From: Minisyncoccia bacterium
GTDB taxonomy: Bacteria; Patescibacteriota; Minisyncoccia; Phycocordibacterales; Phycocordibacteraceae
Direction: 5' to 3'
Length of the DNA stretch: 60,080 nt
Assembly (NCBI GenBank): GCA_038228545.1
Contig: JBBRPE010000002.1
Span: 88,426 to 148,505, forward strand
The notes beneath the pieces were generated by a model. It did not search any database and was not told where the DNA came from. It worked only from the letters and a program-made list of their open reading frames with translations. Below are positions 54,503 to 60,080 of the stretch, in pieces. The first letter of the stretch is position 1. Each line of letters starts with the position of its first letter. The position numbers and the translations under genes are program-made.

Positions 54503-54826
54503 TTAGGGTACGAATATCGAGCGTCTGGCCGTTTCAGTCTTTCCAAAGCGGTCGGTCGCGGTTAATGACAGTATAGCGCCCCCATGCGGGAGCACGAATA
54601 AAGTGGAAAAGTGTCCCTGCTCGTCTATTAAGAGGGGAGTACCGTCCAAGGACAGATTCTCGGTATGTTTTGCTGTGCCGTTTATGGCGACAAAACCGTC
54701 AGTAAATGACTGTCCTTCAAGTGGAGATGTGATGGTAATTTCGGGTCCTGAGAGCAGTGGGAGAGCCTTATAGACCCCATAGCTAGCCAGAAGAAGGAGA
54801 GCGAGAAGTGTAGCTACTCGAGCCAT
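54503..54826 (-). CDS. Small secreted hypothetical protein (beta-sandwich-like)
   Basis: Signal/anchor MARVATLLALLLLASYGVY; 107 aa; between ftsK and recA. Confidence 0.5.
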   Translation of the reverse strand: MARVATLLALLLLASYGVYKALPLLSGPEITITSPLEGQSFTDGFVAINGTAKHTENLSLDGTPLLIDEQGHFSTLFVLPHGGAILSLTATDRFGKTETARRSIFVP

Positions 54827-54828
54827 GG

Positions 54829-57006
54829 CTAGAAGTCTGCTGGCTCTTCGGTAGCCTTGACACCTCCTCCCGCTCCAATGATTTCACGTGGGCGAGAGCC
54901 GTCTGCAGCCCCGATAACACCCTTGCTTTCAAGGATATCCATAAGACGTGCGGCTCGTGAGTAGCCAATACGAAGCTTGCGTTGGAGATAGCTCGTCGAA
55001 GCACGTCCGGCTTCTTCAACCGCAGTTTTGGCTTCGTCATACATATCATCATCAGCGTCGTCTCCATCATCATGGTCGAGGTTCATGGACATGGCATCGT
55101 TCGGCTCGTGTCCGGTACCGTTTGCTCCTGCACCCAAATCCAGTGCATCAAGCGAGCCGGCGTTGTGCTTCTTAATGTATTCGGAGACCTTCTTCACTTC
55201 TCCCTCGGAGATGTACGCCGTCTGGAGACGTACCGGCTTCTGCATATCTGCAGAGAGATAGAGCATGTCGCCCGCGCCCAGAAGAGACTCGGCACCAGGG
55301 CCGTCGAGGATAGTTCTCGAATCAATCTGAGAAGCCACCTGAAGCGCCATACGAGTCGGTACGTTCGCTTTGATGAGGCCGGTGATAACGTTCACGGAAG
55401 GACGCTGTGTGGAAAGTACGAGGTGGATACCGACGGCGCGAGACATCTGTGCGAGGCGCACGATAGCTGCCTCAAGCTCGCGTGGGTAGGTCTGCATGAT
55501 GTCGGCGAGCTCATCGATAACGATAACAATGTACGGCATTGCCTCAGGAAGGTCCTTCACTCCTCGTTTCTTTGCTGGCTCCACTACAGTCGTGTGGTAC
55601 GACTCGATGTCGCGCACTTTCTCACCCTCGAGGATGTTGTAGCGGCGATCCATTTCTTTGGCAGCCCACTTGAGAGCAAGGATGGTTTTGCGAGGATCCG
55701 TGATGACCGGCGTCAGCAGGTGGGGGATACCGTTATAGAGCGTGAGCTCGACCCGCTTTGGGTCCACCATGATGAAGCGCATCTGGTTAGGACCGTTCCT
55801 ATACAGCAGTGAGGTAATAAGCGCATGGATAGCGACTGACTTTCCGGAGCCTGTCGCACCTGCCACCAGGCCGTGAGGCATTTTAGCGATGTTCACATAG
55901 TGCGGGGTACCGGCGATGTCGCGGCCGATAGCGGCAAGAAGGGGCTTCTTGGACGCACCCCATTCAGGAGCGGAGAGAACACCGCCGAGACCAACCATCG
56001 CCTTAGAGGCGTTCGGGACTTCAATACCCACGAGGGACTTGCCGGGGATAGGAGCTTCGATGCGTACTGGGTGTGCAGCAAGAGCAAGCTCAAGGTTCGT
56101 AACGAGCGATACTATTTTATTGAGCCGCACTCCCTCTGCCGGTTTAATGGCGTAGCGGGTGACGGTAGGTCCGACCGATACCTCATCCATTTCGACGGAA
56201 ATACCGAAGTTCAGGAACGTGCGCTTGATGATATTTGCATTCGCTTTAATGTCGCCCACGCCCGGCTTACCTTTGTCTTCGGAGAGAAGTGAAAGGGGAG
56301 GAGCGTTGTATTCGGCGTCAAAATTAGAAATAGCCGGTGCGCCAGCACTTGCCGGGCGCGGAGCGTCAAACATGGTTACCGTCGGCTCACGATCCGTGCG
56401 TACGACCTCGTGCGCCTCATTCTCGTCGGCCGGTGCGTCTTCCTCAGTCTGCGTCTCTTCATCTTCTCCATCTTTCTTCGAAAGCGATGGCAACTTCACT
56501 GAGGTGAATGCGCCTCCCGCACCTTTAGCTAAGGAGCCAAGTGCTTTTGCTATGACCACGACGTCGGCAGCAATGATGAGTCCGACGGCAGCTATAGCAA
56601 GTAGGAGAATGACGGCGCCCCACACACCGAAATATGCAGTCGCGGCGGAACCGGCCAATACACCCGCTTGGCCACCCCAAGGAGCAAAGACGATACCGAA
56701 GAAGGTAAGGGAAGCGAGCAGTATAAGTCCGGCGCCTATTGCAGTCAGAAGCGAAATAAAGGAACGCTCAAGCGCAAGCCCAAGTCCTACGGTCACGAGA
56801 ATAATAGGAAGAAGAAAAGAGGCGATGCCAACTTCGCCATACGTAAATCCGAAGACGGCAGAACCGGCGTAGCCCGCGAGCCCGAAGATGGCGAGCGTGA
56901 GAATGAGTCCAAAAGCAATACAAAGAATTGCGGCGGTCCATCTGAAGGCCGCCTTGGTATTTTCAGCATCGCGTTGCTTCTTCTTTTTTGTCATTGGTCT
57001 TTCCAT
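54829..57006 (-). CDS. ftsK: DNA translocase FtsK/SpoIIIE
   Basis: N-terminal 4-5 TM helices, linker, motor GATGSGKSV Walker A, IVIDELAD Walker B, C-terminal gamma wHTH (..LQRKLRIGYSRAARLMDILE..). Confidence 0.95.
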   Translation of the reverse strand: MERPMTKKKKQRDAENTKAAFRWTAAILCIAFGLILTLAIFGLAGYAGSAVFGFTYGEVGIASFLLPIILVTVGLGLALERSFISLLTAIGAGLILLASLTFFGIVFAPWGGQAGVLAGSAATAYFGVWGAVILLLAIAAVGLIIAADVVVIAKALGSLAKGAGGAFTSVKLPSLSKKDGEDEETQTEEDAPADENEAHEVVRTDREPTVTMFDAPRPASAGAPAISNFDAEYNAPPLSLLSEDKGKPGVGDIKANANIIKRTFLNFGISVEMDEVSVGPTVTRYAIKPAEGVRLNKIVSLVTNLELALAAHPVRIEAPIPGKSLVGIEVPNASKAMVGLGGVLSAPEWGASKKPLLAAIGRDIAGTPHYVNIAKMPHGLVAGATGSGKSVAIHALITSLLYRNGPNQMRFIMVDPKRVELTLYNGIPHLLTPVITDPRKTILALKWAAKEMDRRYNILEGEKVRDIESYHTTVVEPAKKRGVKDLPEAMPYIVIVIDELADIMQTYPRELEAAIVRLAQMSRAVGIHLVLSTQRPSVNVITGLIKANVPTRMALQVASQIDSRTILDGPGAESLLGAGDMLYLSADMQKPVRLQTAYISEGEVKKVSEYIKKHNAGSLDALDLGAGANGTGHEPNDAMSMNLDHDDGDDADDDMYDEAKTAVEEAGRASTSYLQRKLRIGYSRAARLMDILESKGVIGAADGSRPREIIGAGGGVKATEEPADF

Positions 57007-57114
57007 TTTATCACCTTACCTGTGGACAACGTCATCCTGCAGAAGCGGTCCCACAGTCCACGTTGCAGTTGCGATTTCAAAGACATATACTTCAGGGACA
57101 ACAAGGACAAAAAG

Positions 57115-57906
57115 ATGACTGATAAAGGACACAATAAGGACATACGTTCGATGAAGCAACACGAATCAGGTGCGTCTCTTGAAGATTTCGTCCTAGAAAA
57201 AGGTATATTCTCAAACATATTCGAAAAGGACATACGTAGGGTCTACATCTACAAAAAGGCTGAGCGTCTCGCTAAAGCCATTCATCTCATTGCTCCGGCT
57301 TTTGCTAATTCTCCAGCGCTCCGTAATCGTACGGACGCTATCGCAGTCGGTCTCGTTGACGCTGCGACCCTTGCACCCATACGTGCACGCGACGCCCTCT
57401 CCCGTGAACTTCTTGCGCTATCAAGCCTTCTTTCGATAGCTCGGGTTGGCGGTTTGCTCTCAAGCATGAATGCAGAGCTTATCGCCAGAGAAGCACATTC
57501 GCTTCTCGAAGAGATTGCTACGTATGAAGAGCCACGTCTTTTTCTCGAGGAGGCTCCTACGCTCGCTGCACTTTTTAAATCGGTTAGCACTACCGGACAT
57601 ACATCGCGCGAGCGGGGAAGTGCATCGGCCAAAAGCGACCACTTGGCAGAAAAGTCCACCGGACATGTAAAGGACACTAAAGGACATATATCGGACAAAG
57701 CACTGAAAGCACCGAAGCCAGGGCGTCGCGAGGCGGTGCTTGCAGTACTGCGAACCAAAGGGCCTTCCTATATTAAGGATATTTCGACGGTTATTCGCGA
57801 TGTAAGCGAAAAGACTATTCAACGTGAGCTGTCGGCTCTCGTGGAAGAAGGAATACTCACGAAGACGGGCGAACGAAGGTGGACGACGTACTCCCTTGCC
57901 TCATAA
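57115..57906 (+). CDS. Hypothetical regulator-like protein with C-terminal winged-helix
   Basis: Start at MTDKGHNK; the tracked 56668 start is antisense to ftsK. C-terminus is AVLAVLRTKGPSYIKDISTVIRDVSEKTIQRELSALVEEGILTKTGERRWTTY. Confidence 0.55.
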   Translation: MTDKGHNKDIRSMKQHESGASLEDFVLEKGIFSNIFEKDIRRVYIYKKAERLAKAIHLIAPAFANSPALRNRTDAIAVGLVDAATLAPIRARDALSRELLALSSLLSIARVGGLLSSMNAELIAREAHSLLEEIATYEEPRLFLEEAPTLAALFKSVSTTGHTSRERGSASAKSDHLAEKSTGHVKDTKGHISDKALKAPKPGRREAVLAVLRTKGPSYIKDISTVIRDVSEKTIQRELSALVEEGILTKTGERRWTTYSLAS

Positions 57907-57946
57907 ACAGGTCTCATAAACGCAAACGGCCTATCTCTGGGCTCTA

Positions 57947-57975
57947 TTGACGAAAGGCTGTATTTGGACTATGGT
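57947..57975 (+). promoter_or_regulatory. Sigma-70-like promoter about 510 nt upstream of the surface-protein gene
   Basis: TTGACG (57947-57952), 17-nt spacer, TATGGT (57970-57975). Confidence 0.4.
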
Positions 57976-58485
57976 AGGAGGGTGATAAGTACGGGTTGCA
58001 ACGTATAAGAAAGGGCGTCCACATGCGTGGAGGCCTCTTTACTTGTACCTGCACAGGCCCGGTTATCCACATAGGTTTTTCAAGGGTTTTGCTACAGGGT
58101 CGGTATACTTCACAGATACTGACTGCTGGGACGATTCCTGATTGACCGATCATTGAAAAATGAATAGGGCTTGTGCATAAAATCTACTACGCATGAAAGA
58201 ATGTGTGTGTAGTCTCGTCACCTTATGGTGGCGGGCCAGAACCTCAGATATTGTACTGACGACGGATGAATTCAGAATGGACGATTACCGTTTGCCAACT
58301 AGCCGATGGGACGCAAGTCGATACAGCGCCCTGTCGGATAGTGTGAAAGGGAAGTTCGCAACATGAACACATGCTCTACGGAGTGTGTGCGATTACCAAA
58401 ACATGAATGGGAGCGTACAAAGAGGCACCAACTTAGTACACGCAGCTCTGTACGCCTCAAAAAAATTAAATTAAAAAACGTTTAT

Positions 58486-60080
58486 ATGTCTCATACTCAG
58501 ACAAACACGATCGCTAAGATTGCAGCAGTTGTTGCAGGCCTCGGCATCGTAGCTATGTCGTTCGCTTCCTTCGCAATTCCTGCAAAGGCAGACACGATGA
58601 CCACGACCACCACGACCACTACAGGTGCAGTCTTCAACTTCGACCTCACAATCGGATCGAAAGGCGCTTCTGTCACGGCACTTCAGACCTGGCTCATCGG
58701 CAAGGGCTTCAGCATTCCTGCTGGCGCAACCGGCTACTTTGGCTCACAGACGAAGGCTGCTGTCGCTGCATACCAGCTTTCTGCAGGCATTTCGCCAGCA
58801 GTTGGTTACTTCGGTCCAAAAACCCGCGCGGCGGTTAACGCAGCTGGCGGTGTTATGACCAGTGGTCTTCCAGCAGGCTGCACCTCGACGTCGGGCTTTA
58901 GCCCAACGACTGGTGTTTCTTGCGCCTCTGGCAGCACGACCACGACCACGACGTCTGGCCTCACTGGCTCTGGTTACCTCAGCTCCATCACAACGCTCGG
59001 AGACATTGTCTCTGACGTGAAGGAAGGAGACACTGGTTCTCAGGTTATCGGTGAGTCAGTTCGTGCAGTTAATGGCGATGTCGCTGTTGACCGTCTCGAT
59101 GTTACCTTCGACCTCACTACAGCTGCAGCAGCTGGAGGCTCGACGAACCTCAACCGCTACGTAAACAGCGTTAGCGTCTGGCTCGGTAACACGAAGCTTG
59201 CAACGATGAATCCATCTGATGGTAGCTACCAGAACAAGGTCTGGACGCTTCGCTTCACTGGTCTTAACGGTGTAATCAAGAACGGAAACACCGCTAACAT
59301 CCACGTTGCTGTTGATGCAGTCACTTCGGTTAACTCCGCAGAGGCAGGTAAGACAGTTACGGCAAACCTTCCTGCAAATGCACTTCGTGCAGTTAATGCA
59401 GCTGGCGTTGGCGATACCTACGGCACCCTTATCACGCAGAACTTCACTGTTTCGGCAGCAAACACCGGCAAGCTTACGCTCACCGAGGCTTCTGACGATC
59501 CAGCAGCAACGACTGTTAAGGCTGACCTCAACAACACGACGACGAACGTAACACTTCTCGCGTTCAATGCTAAGGCAACGAACCAGAACGTTACGCTTCG
59601 CGCGATCCCAGTTGGTATCACCGGAACCGGCACGAACGTAAATGATGCTATCCAGTCTATTGCTCTCATGCAGGGCAGTAACACGATCAGCACCAAGACC
59701 GTCTCGACCGCTTCAGGCTTCCAGGAAGTTGTCTTCGACAACCTTAACCAGTCCATCTCGAAGGATGCAACAACGGAATACACCGTTGTCGCTACCATCA
59801 AGAAGATTGACGGTGGTAACACCTTCAATTCTGGTGACTCGCTCACCGCAACGACGACTGCAACCGGAACGACTAACTTCGATGTCTCTGATTCTCAGGG
59901 CCGCACCGTTACTCCAACTGGCGCAGTTGCCGGACATGTCCAGACCTTCCAGGTAACTGGCGTCACCGTTACCAGCGCAGGTACTACGTTCGTCAAGAGC
60001 ACTGGTACCAACACTGGTCAGGCTGACACTGTTCAGGACTCGATCTCGTTCAAGATGAGTGCAGGTGATGCAGATCTCTA
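58486..60080 (+). CDS. Large secreted cell-surface protein with peptidoglycan-binding domain, 3'-truncated by the window edge and absent from the ORF track
   Basis: Hand translation from the ATG at 58486 is stop-free to 60080 (531 codons). Signal peptide MSHTQTNTIAKIAAVVAGLGIVAMSFASFAIPAKA; PG_binding_1-like GSKGASVTALQTWLIGKGFSIPAGATGYFGSQTKAAVAAYQ; then T/N/V/A-rich beta-repeat-like sequence. Confidence 0.8.
   Translation, partial: MSHTQTNTIAKIAAVVAGLGIVAMSFASFAIPAKADTMTTTTTTTTGAVFNFDLTIGSKGASVTALQTWLIGKGFSIPAGATGYFGSQTKAAVAAYQLSAGISPAVGYFGPKTRAAVNAAGGVMTSGLPAGCTSTSGFSPTTGVSCASGSTTTTTTSGLTGSGYLSSITTLGDIVSDVKEGDTGSQVIGESVRAVNGDVAVDRLDVTFDLTTAAAAGGSTNLNRYVNSVSVWLGNTKLATMNPSDGSYQNKVWTLRFTGLNGVIKNGNTANIHVAVDAVTSVNSAEAGKTVTANLPANALRAVNAAGVGDTYGTLITQNFTVSAANTGKLTLTEASDDPAATTVKADLNNTTTNVTLLAFNAKATNQNVTLRAIPVGITGTGTNVNDAIQSIALMQGSNTISTKTVSTASGFQEVVFDNLNQSISKDATTEYTVVATIKKIDGGNTFNSGDSLTATTTATGTTNFDVSDSQGRTVTPTGAVAGHVQTFQVTGVTVTSAGTTFVKSTGTNTGQADTVQDSISFKMSAGDADL

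Noticed and set aside
54982-55812. 276-aa plus-strand ORF, and other long ORFs at 55873-56872.
   Set aside because: All are antisense to the strongly supported ftsK motor and linker and are shadows of its codon structure.
56668-57114. N-terminal 149 aa of the tracked 412-aa ORF 56668-57906.
   Set aside because: This part is antisense to the well-supported ftsK N-terminus and has a low-complexity basic composition. The real gene most likely starts at the ATG at 57115, after ftsK ends.
58363-58485. In-frame upstream ATG that would extend the surface protein by 41 aa.
   Set aside because: The extension is basic and hydrophilic and would bury the clear signal peptide that begins at 58486. The shorter start is preferred but not proven.

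Overview
About 60 kb of a small-genome bacterial chromosome. It starts inside dnaA, runs through dnaN, and is otherwise dense housekeeping. Replication and repair genes are dnaA, dnaN, polA, a holA-like gene, ruvABC, ruvX, recA, recO, ssb and ftsK. Translation genes are argS, ileS, glyQS, metG, efp, rpsT, rplS, rplK, rpsF and rpsR, plus 9 tRNAs. Cell-wall genes are a PBP1A, a murE-like ligase and uppS. There is a type IV pilus set (pilB, then pilM/N/O elsewhere) and a thymidylate/folate cluster (folA, MTHFS, dcd-like, thyA, tmk, glyA). Short overlapping genes, a lamin-tail-domain protein, many orphan secreted proteins and rplK without rplA suggest a Candidate Phyla Radiation (Parcubacteria-like) organism; this is inference only. 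No CRISPR array, transposase, integrase or recognisable defence operon was seen. Points worth a second look: (1) ileS encodes an apparently intact histidine-phosphatase domain inserted in the synthetase core. (2) A family of 140-190 bp structured elements sits just 3' of three minus-strand tRNA genes; each contains inverted and/or direct copies of that tRNA's own T-arm/acceptor 3' end and shares internal boxes. (3) Three perfect 33-bp tandem repeats form the 3' end of metG. (4) Two visibly GC-rich secreted orphan genes and one AT-rich orphan lie among tRNA genes. (5) An HNH endonuclease gene has its stop codon abutting tRNA-Ser. (6) Two terminator-bounded non-coding regions (7108-7299 and 38657-39000) could not be assigned to any RNA family. 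(7) A large surface-protein gene (58486 to the window end) is missing from the ORF track because it runs off the window. All calls come from reading the sequence and the translated ORFs; no database search was run.
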